Below, in pieces: positions 28,268-39,182 of a DNA stretch of 64,000 bases (positions within the stretch are counted from its first letter, which is position 1; every line of letters starts with the position of its first letter). The notes beneath the pieces are model-generated. The model saw only the letters and a program-made list of their open reading frames with translations, did no database searches and had not been told where the DNA came from. Source of the stretch: Lama glama (Eukaryota); assembly GCA_028534125.1 (NCBI GenBank), contig CM052817.1:57538001-57602000 (forward strand). Reading direction: 5' to 3'. The translations under genes and the position numbers were made by a program.

Positions 28268-28281
28268 CCACTAGATGGCAG
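28268..28281 (+). promoter_or_regulatory. CTCF consensus motif
   Basis: CCACTAGATGGCAG fits the core CCASYAGRKGGCRS. This is a motif match only; binding is not shown. Confidence 0.55.
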
Positions 28282-30061
28282 TAGACATCACCAAATACAG
28301 TTGAGCCTAACTAAATACAGAGCTGAGGAAGTACACAAATACAGGACAGTTTTCCTGCAATTCCTTAGTATGCTAGACCTAGTTCCACTTCTGTGATTAT
28401 ACTGGAATGTGGTTGGAGGGCATATATTATTTCAAAGGTTTGAACTACCTGCTTGAGCTTAGGAATATTTTTGTTTGATGTAGGTTGTGAAAAAGGGTTA
28501 TTTTTATTGGAGAGTATGTTCGGGATACACATTCATCTCCCTCAGTTTCCATCTTCAACTCTCGACATTCCCACATACACCTATGCTCTCTGGCCTAGCC
28601 CCTTGTTACTCAGTGTGGTTTACAGACCAGCAGCAGCAGCTTCACCTGGGAGCTTGTAGAAATGCAGAATCTTGGCCTTGCCCTAGACTTACTGAATCTC
28701 AGTGATTCACATGCATATTAAAGTCTGAGAAGCACAGCTTCAGGCACAATGAGCCCCTTGGAATTCTCTAAAGGAGTCATGAAGCCTTTGCACATTCTGT
28801 TCTTCCCAAACCAGAAACAGTCCCTTCCCCATTCGACAGGCAAATTGATCTTTCATTTACTCTTCTTATTTAACTTACTAGGGAGGCAAACATGGATGCT
28901 AAACCCAGCTCAAGGAGGATAGAGGAGATTGGTAAATAGCCTATGGAAAAAAAGAATGTTGGAATAAAAGCGAAAGTTAAATACAACACTGCTTTACATC
29001 AACAGATCAATAAAACAGCAATCTTTGAAATAATCTTTTCTACCTGACAAAAATATTTGCAACTTATCTTCTACAAGTTAAGATCCAACTTTACAGACTC
29101 TAAGCTCTGTCAGTAATAAATAATAAGCCAAATAAGATGACATCCTCCAGAATCCTCTGACCCTCTTGCAGGCTTCTTAGACAATGCTCTACTATGACTT
29201 TGCAAAAGCACATAGTAATATTTTGCTTTATTTCCACGTTTTGGATGGTTTTTCTTAAAAGTTTAAATATGATGACAGAGGCAATAGGAATATACATGTC
29301 AAGTTGCCAAACTTGACCTAATACAGTAGGACTTGAATTATGTCAGTTTCAGAGGAGGACGTGAGTATCTACATTACAAAGCTGAATGGAAAGGAAAACA
29401 AGATTGAGTTAGGCTTGTCTTTTGTATCTTCCTGATCTTTATAGTCCCGTTCCACTAACTATAAAGTGGAGATAGCATTTATTTAATTTGGCAGTTAATC
29501 TCCAATATTTTGGTCTTGGAGTCCAAGACCAAATTTTTATATTTTTTAAAATTATTGGAGATTGTGAAGAGTGTTTTCTGTTATGTCTATCAATACTTAA
29601 TAATATTAGAAGTTAAAATGAAGAAAGTAAGAAAATATTAACTCATTTAAAATAATAACATACAACTTATTACTTGTTAAAATAAATAACAAAATTTTTG
29701 TGAAAAGAGAACTGTATTTTTCAAAACCCCACAAAGGTTTGGATTTGATTCAGAGGAACCAGTTAGTTTTCCACAGTGTCTTTGGTGCTTCTGCACCCTC
29801 CATTTAGATTAGATATGATAACATGCTGGTCCAAGATGGGCCTAGGAGTGATAATGTATGTTTTTGGTATTTATACAGCCTGGTTTAGTATACTGATTAA
29901 ATTTATAAAAAAATTTTCTTATCCACAGGTCTTGTATAATTAGTTACAAATAGGTTATACACTGATTGTGACCACTATTTGAACAGTTTGTTATTGTTTT
30001 AACTGGCCTTTTATCACAGTAACAGCACTAGAATGTAAGCTCCTTGAGGGGAGGGATTTTT

Positions 30062-30354
30062 TTTTAGTTGAAGTATAGTTGGTTTACAATGTTGTGTTAG
30101 TTTCAGGTGTACAGCAAAGTGATTCAGTTATATATATATATTCTTTTTCAGATTCTTTTCCATTATAGGTTATTACAAGATATTGAATATAGTTCCCTGC
30201 ACTATATGAGTTCTTATTGTTTATCTATTTTATTTACAGTACTATGTATCTGTTAATCCCAAACTCCTAATTCATCCCTCCCCCCTCCCCCTTTGGTAAC
30301 CATAAATTTGTTTTCTATGTCTGTGGGTCTATTTCTGTTTTGAAAATAAGTTCA
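30062..30354 (-). mobile_element. 5'-truncated L1 3' end inserted in an L2 tail
   Basis: TSD GAGGGGAGGGATTTT (from 30046) / GAGGGCAGGGATTTT (from 30355). Confidence 0.85.
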
Positions 30355-30659
30355 GAGGGCAGGGATTTTTAGTATGTTCTGTTAACTGCTAAATTGGTTC
30401 TTAGGATGGAGCACATAAAAATATTTTGTAAATATTTGTAGAATGAATGAATAAAATATATGTGACATTTCTAGGATCATATATCCTTCTGGATAGTAGG
30501 GATGGTTTCATGCAAAAGTAATTATTTATCTTAAAATGTTTTTTTCTGTAATTTCCAAATTGTGATCATGCAGCGAGCTCCCACCTAAACAAAAAGGAAG
30601 GGGAGGGGACTCTAAAAATATCTTTGTGGTAAAAGTCATAAATATTTGAGAATTCTTTC

Positions 30660-31292
30660 TGATGCAGGAGAACAGATGTGGGACATGAGAAGGGCCGTGT
30701 CCCAGGTCTTGGTTGAGCCCCTGGGATGTGCCCCGTCAAGTGTGGGTCTTTGGCTTCGTGCAGGAAAGAATTCAAGAGTGAGCCACAGTTGAGTGAAGGT
30801 AGATTTATTGAGAGAGATACATTGAAAGGCAAGAGAAAGGCCACAAGGTGTGGGGGTTGGGTGCTCAGATTAAAAGTAGGTACACATTCCATAGACAGAA
30901 TGTGGGCCATCTACTTCTCCGAAGAGGGAGAGAGAGAGAGGGGCGGCTGCAAGGCGCCATGTTGCTGGTTTTTATGGGCTTGGTGGTTTCATATGCTAAT
31001 AAGTGGAAGGAGCAGTCTAGAGGGAAGGGGCTGAGATTCCTAGGAAGTTGGCCATTTCCCACTCTTTGACCTTTTGTGGCTGGCCTTGGTACTGCCACGG
31101 TGCCTGTGGGCGTGTCATTCACCATGTTAATATATTACAATGGGCGTATAATGAAGCTCAAATTCTGCTAGAAGTTAAATCTCTCATCATCCTGAGCCTC
31201 AAGGTCTACTGGGGGTTGAACCTTCCATTTTGATGTTAATTGCTGCGGCATTCCTTGAATGGCTGTGCCATGCCCCCTTTCATCCTGTCTCA
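30660..31292 (-). mobile_element. Solo LTR (family X)
   Basis: TG...CA termini and a perfect 4-bp TSD TTTC (30656-30659 / 31293-31296). On the minus strand, CATAAAAA is at 30969-30976 and AATAAA at 30804-30809. Confidence 0.92.
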
Positions 31293-31676
31293 TTTCCAAA
31301 GATGTACAATTTAAATTTACCAATGATTAGTTTAAAAATTCTGAGAACCAAATATATAATGAGCTAGCAAAAATGTTTTCAATAAATTCTCAATTTTTTT
31401 TTCCAGCGGCATCAATGGTTTAATGGGTAAGGGGATCTTACATGCCTGAAGCAAGGTCCTGGAGCCACAACCCCATTATGTGTGGCAGGACATGGCAGCA
31501 GTCTTTGCTACTGAAGGGAGAAGAGGTTACCAGTTAATGGAGGGAAAATTCTCAGTTTTGACCATTATATTTCTCTATTTTCTACCTAATCAGAAGCAAA
31601 GGAAATTCAAAACCACCCAGAACACACAAATTCACAATACTCTGTGTAAAGCAGGGGAAAAAAGTTAAGCTATTTT

Positions 31677-32287
31677 TTTTCCCGTGGTCTTAGTTTGGAT
31701 GTCTGAGTGATCTCCTTGGTGGATCTTCTCGAGTCCAAAGAGATAGAGCGAGGAGAGAATGAGAAAAGATTGAGGGGAGAAAAGCCTTGGGCTCAGTGGG
31801 CTCCTTCACTGCTAGAGAGCTGGTCTCTGCCAGATCCTGCAGGCAGCATCAGCCGCCACCTAAAGGCTACTTGAATCTGCATGGTGCGGGAGAAACCCCC
31901 GCCACCCTCTGAATAGAGGGGAGCCGTAGCCCAACAGGTGGGTCAAGATTATGCCCTTTGAGCCCTTTTCTTTATGTAAATGTCCCGTGTTGGGTGCCAA
32001 AGATATGATGCAGGGAAAACAGATGTGGGTGTGAGGAGGGCCGTGTCCCAGGCTTTGGTTGAGCCCCTGGGATGTGCCCAGCCAAATTTGGGTCCTTGGC
32101 TTCAGGCAGGAAAGAATTCAAGAGCGAGCCACAGTTGAGTGAAGTTAGATTTATTCAAAGAGATGCATTGAAGGGCAGTGAAAGGCCATGAGATGTGGGG
32201 GCTGGGTGCTCAGATTAAAAGTAGGTACACACTCCATAGACAGAGTGCGGGCCATCTCTGAAGAGGGAGGGAGAGAGGGCAGTGGCC
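31677..32287 (-). mobile_element. Retrocopy of family-X ERV transcript (R-U5-PBS-leader)
   Basis: Lacks U3. U5 ends at 32006 and the PBS-like TGGCACCCAACACGGGAC is at 31982-31999. TSD TAAGCTATTTT (31666-31676) / TAAGGTATTTT (32288-32298), with a short A tract. Confidence 0.82.
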
Positions 32288-32679
32288 TAAGGTATTTTAG
32301 CATTACTTATTTCTAAGTTATACAATCACTTTATTTGTGGTGATCATATTCTGTAAAATAATCAGGGTACACACTTTGATAAAGATTGCTTTCTTTTTTT
32401 AATATGAATTTGTGAATCTGTTTAGTTGAAAGTCTTAGAAAAGACTAAATATTAAGTCACATTGAACATTAAATCATATTACTTTATGTTTAACAAACTG
32501 CCCTTCCTTATGAAAATAATAAAATCACATATCCTCAACACAGGCTTAAGGCCACCACAATTTGCTAGATCAATATTAATTATTCAGGTTCATTTAACTA
32601 GAGATGATGTTTCTTTACTATTCAGGTTCTACAGATGACTTTTAGAGCTTAACTTCTTTTTATGCTTTATAACTTATAG

Positions 32680-34250
32680 CATTAGTTATAATTACAGATA
32701 ATTAAAGATATGTATGCAGTTGTAAAAAGTAATACAGAGAACTCTCATGTTTCTGTTACCCAGGTTCCCCCAGTGGTAACATCTTGCATAATTATGGTAC
32801 AATTTCAAAATCAGTAAATTTACACTGATACAATCCACCAACTTTATTCAGCTTTCACCAGTTTTACCCATACTCATTTGTATGTGTGTATATTTGATTC
32901 TATGCAACTGTAGCACATCTTTATATTCCTGTGACCCAGTGAATATACAGAACAATTAAATCATGAGGATCTCTCATGCTACTTTTGAAATAGCCACAGC
33001 TACCTTTCCTACACCTACCTCCAATCTTAGCTCTTGGCAACCACTAATCTTTTCACCATCTTTATATTTCATCATTTTAAGAATGTTATATATTGTTGAT
33101 CCTTTAATAATGAGGGTTTGAACTACACTAGTCCATTTATACACAAATTTTTTTCAAGTAAGTATTACAGATCTACACGATTGTGGTTGGTGGAATCTGT
33201 GGATGCAGAACCACAGACACAGAGGTCGGTAAAGTTATACTCTGATTTTCAACTGTATGGGAGGTCAGTGCCCCTAACCCCCAAGTTGTTCAATTCCTAT
33301 ATGTAAATGAAATTTTATAGTATGCAACTTTTTGAGTTTGGATTTGTTAAACTCAGCATAAAGCCCTTGAGATCCATCCAAATTGTTGTCTGTATTAGTT
33401 GCCAGTTCCTTTTGTTAAGAGTAGTACTCCATGGTATGAATGTACCACAGTCTGTTTAACCATTCACCTCATGAAGGGTATTTAGATTGTTTCCAGTTTT
33501 GGGCTATTAACAATAAAGCTGCTATAAACATTCACATACAGATTTTTGTGTGAAAGTAAGCCTTCATTTCTGTGGGGTAAATGCCCAAGAGTGCAACTGC
33601 TGGATCATATGCCACTTGCATGCTTAGTTTTTCAAGAAACTGTCAAACCATATTCCAGAGTAGCTGTACCATTTTACTTTCCCACAGACAATGAGTGATC
33701 TAGTTTCTCCACAACCTTGCCATCATTTGATGAGACTAATATTTTTTCTTTTAGCCATTCTGACAGATGTGTAATGATAACTAATTGCAATTTTAATTTG
33801 CATCCCCCTAATTTCTAATGATGTTGAACCCCTTTTCGTGTGCTTATTTGCCTTCTCTATATCCTCTCCAGTGAAATGTCTGTTTATAGCTTTTGCCTAT
33901 TTTCTAATCAGATTATTTCTTCTTTTGCCCTGGAGTTTTGAGATCTCTTTATTCTGGATACAAGTCATTTGTTGGATATGTGGTTTGGAAATAATTTGCT
34001 CCCTATCTGTAGATTGTCTTTTCATCTTCTTTATAGGGTCTTTCGCAGAGCAGAAGTTTTTAATTTTTATGAAGTCCAATTTATCAATCTGTATTTTTAT
34101 GAATTATGCTTTAGTGTCAAGTCTAAAAACTCCATGCTTAGGTTCTGAAGATTTTCTTCTATGTTTTTCTCTAAAATTTTAAAGCTTCACTCTTTACATT
34201 TAAGTCCACATTCCATTTTGAGTTAATTTTAGTGTAACAATGCATTTTAA
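32680..34250 (-). mobile_element. Old L1M fragment with a nested Tigger2/MER28-like element (about 33090-33300)
   Basis: ORF 33897-34079 (DFIKIKNFCSAKDPIKKMKRQ) is L1 ORF2 C-terminal sequence. The nested GGTTTGAACTACACTAGTCCATTTATACAC..CCCCTAACCCC resembles Tigger2a. Confidence 0.8.
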
Positions 34251-34411
34251 AAGCCTAGTATCAATAATTAAATGTGGATTGGTTAATATCCTATAATGGG
34301 GTTTGTATGTCAGATCTCTTGTTTGCTTGTAGCATGACATGGGCTCCAATCTTGGGCCTCCACTGTCAGGGTCCAAGGTTTTTCTTTCCCTTTTTTATTT
34401 TTTTTGATAGA

Positions 34412-34538
34412 CTTTTTGTGGTGGGGATAATTAGGTTTATTTATTTATTTATTTATTTTTAAAGGAGGTAGTGGGAATTGAACCTAGGACCTCATGCATG
34501 CTAAGCATGTGCTCTACCACTTGAGCTTATCCTCTCCC
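34412..34538 (-). mobile_element. tRNA-derived SINE (Vic-1-like)
   Basis: Reverse complement of the same SINE (ATTGAACCTAGGACCTCATGCATGCTAAGCATGTGCTCTACCAC). Confidence 0.85.
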
Positions 34539-34559
34539 AAAGATTTTTAATACCTTTGA

Positions 34560-35410
34560 TATGCTGATGACTTCTGCATTTATATCTCCAGCTCCAAATT
34601 TGTAATTCCAACTGTCTTCTCCACACGTCCACTTGGATGTCTAATGTGCCTCCTTTCCAAATGTTCTTCATCATAAAAATTGCATCACCACCCATCCAGC
34701 TCTTCAGGACAAACTCTCAGGAAGCATCCTTGGTTCTTCTCTTCACTCCAGTTGGTTCCACCTCCAAAATGAATCCTGAATATGACCACTTCTTGCCAGT
34801 CCCCTACTACACACTAATTCATGGCACCATCTGCTCTTGCCTGGATTCCTGCAATAACCACCTAATTTGTCTCCCTGCCTCCACTCTTACCTATCTCCTG
34901 TCCATTCTTCATCCAGTGTCTTAAAATGTAAGTCAGGTCAGGGGCAGTCCATTACTTAAAATCCTCCACTGGTTTCTCACTGCAACCAGAACAAATCCAA
35001 AGCCCTTATCATGACATACATCACCCTCACATTTCCCCTCCTTCACCTAGAGCTCCAGCTGAACACAGTGAACTGGCTCTTGCTTCCAAATCTCTGCCCT
35101 TGCTTTTCTGTGAACCTGGAATACTTGTCCCTAAGGTCTTCACCAGGCTTCCCTCTTATCCTTCAGCTTTCAGCTTAAATGTCACCTCTGAAGGGCTTTT
35201 TCTGACTTCCCAATGTAAGTCTTCCCCTGCCCCCCGCTCCAGCACTTAATTTTAGAAGTTATTGTATTCACTTGTTTTGGAGTCCCCTGTGTCACCCCAT
35301 CCCTAGCACCTACACTAGAAAGCTTCTTGAGAGCAGGAACCTCCTTTGCTGAGTTCAGCCCCAAAACAGTTCCTGGGACGGAGCAGAAGCTCAGAAACTG
35401 AGGTTGGCTG
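34560..35410 (-). mobile_element. L2 fragments
   Basis: TCCACTTGGATGTCTAAT and TAAAATGTAAGTCAGGTCA. Confidence 0.7.
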
Positions 35411-35489
35411 ACAGAGCCATCCAGGGCTCTTACAAGGTTCTTGTTCGCTGCAGGAAGAGATGGTCCCCATAATCGCTTACTCCCATCCT

Positions 35490-35960
35490 CCACGGGGCGA
35501 CGAGCTGGGGGCTAGCAACCACCCCTCTTCTACCTTCCTCCCTCTGCCGCCCCGCTCCCTCATCCATTCTGCCCCTCCCCCTCCTCCTACCTGCCTGGCT
35601 CACCCTCCTCCCCTCATTCTCCCTCCTCTTACCGCCCTTCCCTCACCCCACGCTTTGCGTGTCCGAACTGCGGGCACCCTTCCTGTCGCGCGGGCGCCGA
35701 AGTACTCGGTGACAGATGGCCAGCCGCGGAGGGAGAACGGGGCTCGCGGCACTGCCTTTGGTCCTGGTGCTCCTGGTCTGGTGGGACTCGGCAGGTAATG
35801 CTCACCATTTGGCTGGTTGCCCTAGGACCGGCCAAGGAGTAACCAAAAGGGGTTCTTGGCGCAGCTGCCCCTCCCGGGATCCGGGCATTGGCGTCCCTCG
35901 GCCGCACCTGTTATTGGCGGTTCCGGGCCGGCCCTGTGGTCCTCGAGGGACGTGAAGTTG
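35490..35960 (+). promoter_or_regulatory. CpG-rich promoter / first-exon region
   Basis: This is the only CpG-dense stretch in the window. It has a C-rich pyrimidine tract at about 35520-35650, an ETS-like CTTCCTGT at 35679-35686 and no TATA box. Confidence 0.75.
35716..35794 (+). CDS. SPINK2: SPINK2-like coding exon 1 (signal peptide MASRGGRTGLAALPLVLVLLVWWDSA, phase-1 end)
   Basis: ATG at 35716 lies in a CpG-rich region. The exon encodes a hydrophobic signal-peptide core and ends at donor CAG|GTAATG (GT at 35795). It aligns with the recalled human SPINK2 signal peptide MALSVLRLALLLLAVTFA. Confidence 0.75.
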
Positions 35961-36110
35961 AGAGTGCACAGGAATGGCTTTGTGGAGCCAGCAGCCCTCT
36001 TTAGTTCTTGCTTGGGCTTCCTTCCCAGCATCTTCTTAGTGACACCTTGCTTGCTACTCCTTCTCTCTTAAAGTGGATTTTCTGGAGCCCAAGATCAGGA
36101 GTTGGGTTTT

Positions 36111-36296
36111 TTTTTTTTTTTTAGAATTTTTTTTTTTATTATTGTTGGAAGGGGAGGGGATTAGGTTTATTCATTCATTCATTCATTCATTCATTCATTC
36201 ATTCATTTATTTATTTAAATGGAGGTACTGGGGATTGAACCCAGGACCTTGTGCATGCTAAGCACACACTCTACCACTCAGCTATACCCTCCCCCA
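36111..36296 (-). mobile_element. tRNA-derived SINE (Vic-1-like) in intron 1, with (TTCA)n expansion
   Basis: 14-bp TSD AGGAGTTGGGTTTT (36097-36110) / AGGAGCTGGGTTTT (36297-36310); (TTCA)n at about 36170-36207. Confidence 0.9.
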
Positions 36297-36519
36297 AGGA
36301 GCTGGGTTTTTATGTACCAAGGGGCCCTACAAAACCTCCGTAGGAGATTTAAAGGAATCAGAAACTGTGACTGCCAAGTGCAGTCTGGGGCTTATAAGAA
36401 AGGGGATTTAGTCTAGCCAGACTTGACGGCCTTTTAAAATAGAGTTAAAATGGTAACACCTAATGTTAAGTTTTGCGTTTATCACCCTGAGCTGCAGAGG
36501 GAAAGAATATCGTGAAATT

Positions 36520-36709
36520 TTGTTTTTTTGAGTAAAGACAGATTTATTTAGAGAGATACATATTGCATAGAGTGTAGGGTGTTTCGAAAGGCAAGAGAAA
36601 GGCCACGAGGTGTGGGGGTTGGGTGCTTAGGTTAAAGTAAAAGTAGGTACACACTCCATAGACAGAGTGTGGGCCGTCTCCAAAGAGGAGGAAGCAAGAG
36701 AGACGCGGC
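36520..36709 (-). mobile_element. Retrocopy of family-X LTR R region
   Basis: R region only. AATAAA at 36543-36548 (minus) is followed 13 nt later by an A-rich tail. The flanking direct repeat TCGTGAA(A)TT occurs at 36510 and 36710. Confidence 0.8.
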
Positions 36710-37003
36710 TCGTGAATTGTTAAGAGTTACTTCTCTGACTTTTGTTCCACAGCTGTAAAGTCTTCCCCAAGTAACCCTGTTAGGGTGGTCAGTCATGGAA
36801 CCAGTACCAAATGTTTTCTGTATGCCTGCTAGGATAGGTATCAGAACACAACTGAATATCCTTTTTAAGGGTTCTTCAAAAGCTTGGCATCTGAGGGAAA
36901 GGGAGAAGGTGTGGCCTGTATAAATCACCAACCAGATTTTAAAAATCCCTTATGAACAAGAATTGACCTTAATCACATCCTTTAAACTGTTTCCTTCTTG
37001 CAG

Positions 37004-37047
37004 CCTCTCTGAATGCTCATTTTGGTGAACCTTCAGAATACAGAACA
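37004..37047 (+). CDS. SPINK2: SPINK2-like coding exon 2 (ASLNAHFGEPSEYRT)
   Basis: Acceptor TTTCCTTCTTGCAG| and donor |GTAAGT. The 44 nt are open in frame with exon 1 (phase 1 to phase 0). The peptide matches the recalled human SPINK2 segment ASLIPQFGLFSKYRT in length and at 9 of 15 residues. Confidence 0.8.
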
Positions 37048-37332
37048 GTAAGTAGTAAACCACTTGTTTTGTCTCAACTAATACAGTGAAGCCCATGACG
37101 GTTTGGTTGGGAGGCTGGTTTTCAGGTCTGACCTGCTGCTTTTGAAACTACTGAGTGCTTCTTTAGCAACCAGATTTGCAGGCAGGCCTTTTGATATATA
37201 GATCACAATGTAAATTTGGTTGAAAGTAGGTCAGGCCTTGAAGGCCTAAGAGCTTTGTTTCCTTCAATACTTCCTTTAATGATTCAGAAAGTCCTAGGCC
37301 TAAAAATTACACTTTGTACTAGACATTTTATA

Positions 37333-37893
37333 TATATTGTCAAATTAAATTCTGTGGAAGTAAAGAAGACCAACCAAATGAGAACAAGCAAAAGCTAGTT
37401 AGAGCTAGATGGAACAAGTGAGTCAGCCAAGCCACCTGCATTTTGGCTGAGACTCAAAGTCGCAGGAGTGGGAAAGCTTTATAATGGGAAGAAGGGAAGA
37501 CTTCAGGTGTGCCCTGACTGAGGCTGTTGGCATGGGGAAGCTGTGGGTTGTTTAACTAGATGCAGGCACTATGTGATTGGTTAGGAGTGCATATCTGGTT
37601 TTCTCTGATTGGTTGGAAGTTGGAGGCAGGGTCAAAATTTAGGGAAGTTATCACTTATTAATCAAGTCCTGGCCATTTTGGGCTGATAGTTACGGAGGTT
37701 ACTATGTGGATTCCAGGACTTCACTTGAGATAGTCATCTGACTTCTGCCAAGTCTGACTTATAGCAGACTGGCTTCCCGGGTTGGTCATTCTAAACAATG
37801 AGTTGGTTTCCTGGGTGGGTTACTACAGGTTGTGGGTCAGAGTTCTGTTTTAATATCTGATCTGGTGCTGTCCACTTTATATTCAGTCTCTCA
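37333..37893 (-). mobile_element. Solo LTR in intron 2
   Basis: Termini TGTGGAAG...GTCTCTCA and repeated reverse CCAAT boxes; it interrupts MIR-like sequence. Confidence 0.6.
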
Positions 37894-38579
37894 ATTCTCA
37901 CAATGACCTTGTACGATAGACAGATAGATACTATTTTACCTATAGGGATTTGACTTCACTGGGTTAGGTAACTTTGAGTATTCAATTCAGTATAGATCTT
38001 TTCCAGGAGGCCTTCCCATTCTGTTTTCTTCCTCCAAAGTAAACACAAATATGTTTTCTCTGTGCTACCATTCAACTTATAATGCATCATCAAAATCACC
38101 AAGCTAGTGTAGGGGAGGAAAAAATCTTTCCTCTATCCTACTAGGTTCTCAGCCAGGACCCATATAACAAATGACAAATTAACAAGAGAAGAACAACACC
38201 TGTTTGTTAACAAGTGCTTGGTGCATATGTATGAGAGCATTCAGAGTTGGGTAAATCAAAGGGGTGGCTTAGAACTCTGGCTACTAGCATCTTTAAAAAG
38301 AGTAATAAATTTGTAGAGAATGACAGGATAAAAGAAGATGGATTTAGGTTCTGGGGGTGGAGGAGCACCCCATCTCACAGAGACATGACACGGGGTGCGA
38401 CTCCATCCCCAGGCCTTGGTATTGATTGATTGATTGATTGTTTGACAGCTCAGATTCTCTGTGCTCTGGTTGATTGAGAGCCCTGGTTCCTTATGTTCTG
38501 GGTTGTTCCTTTCAGTTTCCTCTCCCCCTGCCCAGTGCTCATTCCTAGCTAAACTACCTACATTCCCCCCTCTAGTCAT

Positions 38580-39000
38580 AGGGCCCCAAATCTTGGGGAT
38601 GTAGAGAGCGAGGACCACTCTAGCTACTTCCTACTGATCTGGGGCAATGATGGAGCTCGTTGGGGTACCAGACTAGCTGACTGTCCTTGGTCAGGATGTG
38701 GGCGAAGGGTTGGTGTTCATTGAGGAGCTTGTATACAAGTGGTCTTGGCTGATTGGTAGATTACCTTGTTATATCATCATTTGAAGTTTATCTCTAGAGG
38801 AGAAGAAACACTTTTCATAAGAAGGATGAAAAGATAGAGTTCAAATATATAGAGCTAATCCTAGCCAAAGGACGAAAGGGGCAAACAAGGTTCTTCTTAT
38901 AAACCATTGATTTCTGTGCTTTCTGTTGGTTTAGATTTTAGAAAGCAGATGTTGCACTGTTAGTCCAGTGAACTAAAGGAGAAGTAAAAAGCAAGACCCT
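38580..39000 (-). pseudogene. env: ERV env 3' remnant
   Basis: Minus strand shows SSRDKLQMMI and APDQ*EVARVV, resembling the ERV1 TM cytoplasmic tail and 3' end, directly before the polypurine tract. Confidence 0.6.
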
Positions 39001-39182
39001 AATGTCAGAGACATTTTAAATTAGTATTAAAACAGTTTGCTGGGGGCCCTAAAAGAGAAACGATTTGAACCAGGAGACGTTTAAGAGAGAGGTTTATCTA
39101 ATAGGGATCCATAGTCTCCTAGGGCGATGGAAGAGTCTCACTGGAGTGTTGCTTGGAAAGCAGTCGCAGATTGCTAAGAGGT

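Noticed and set aside
35716..35955. 79-aa single-exon ORF
   Set aside because: It reads through the strong donor at 35795; only the first 79 nt are supported as coding.
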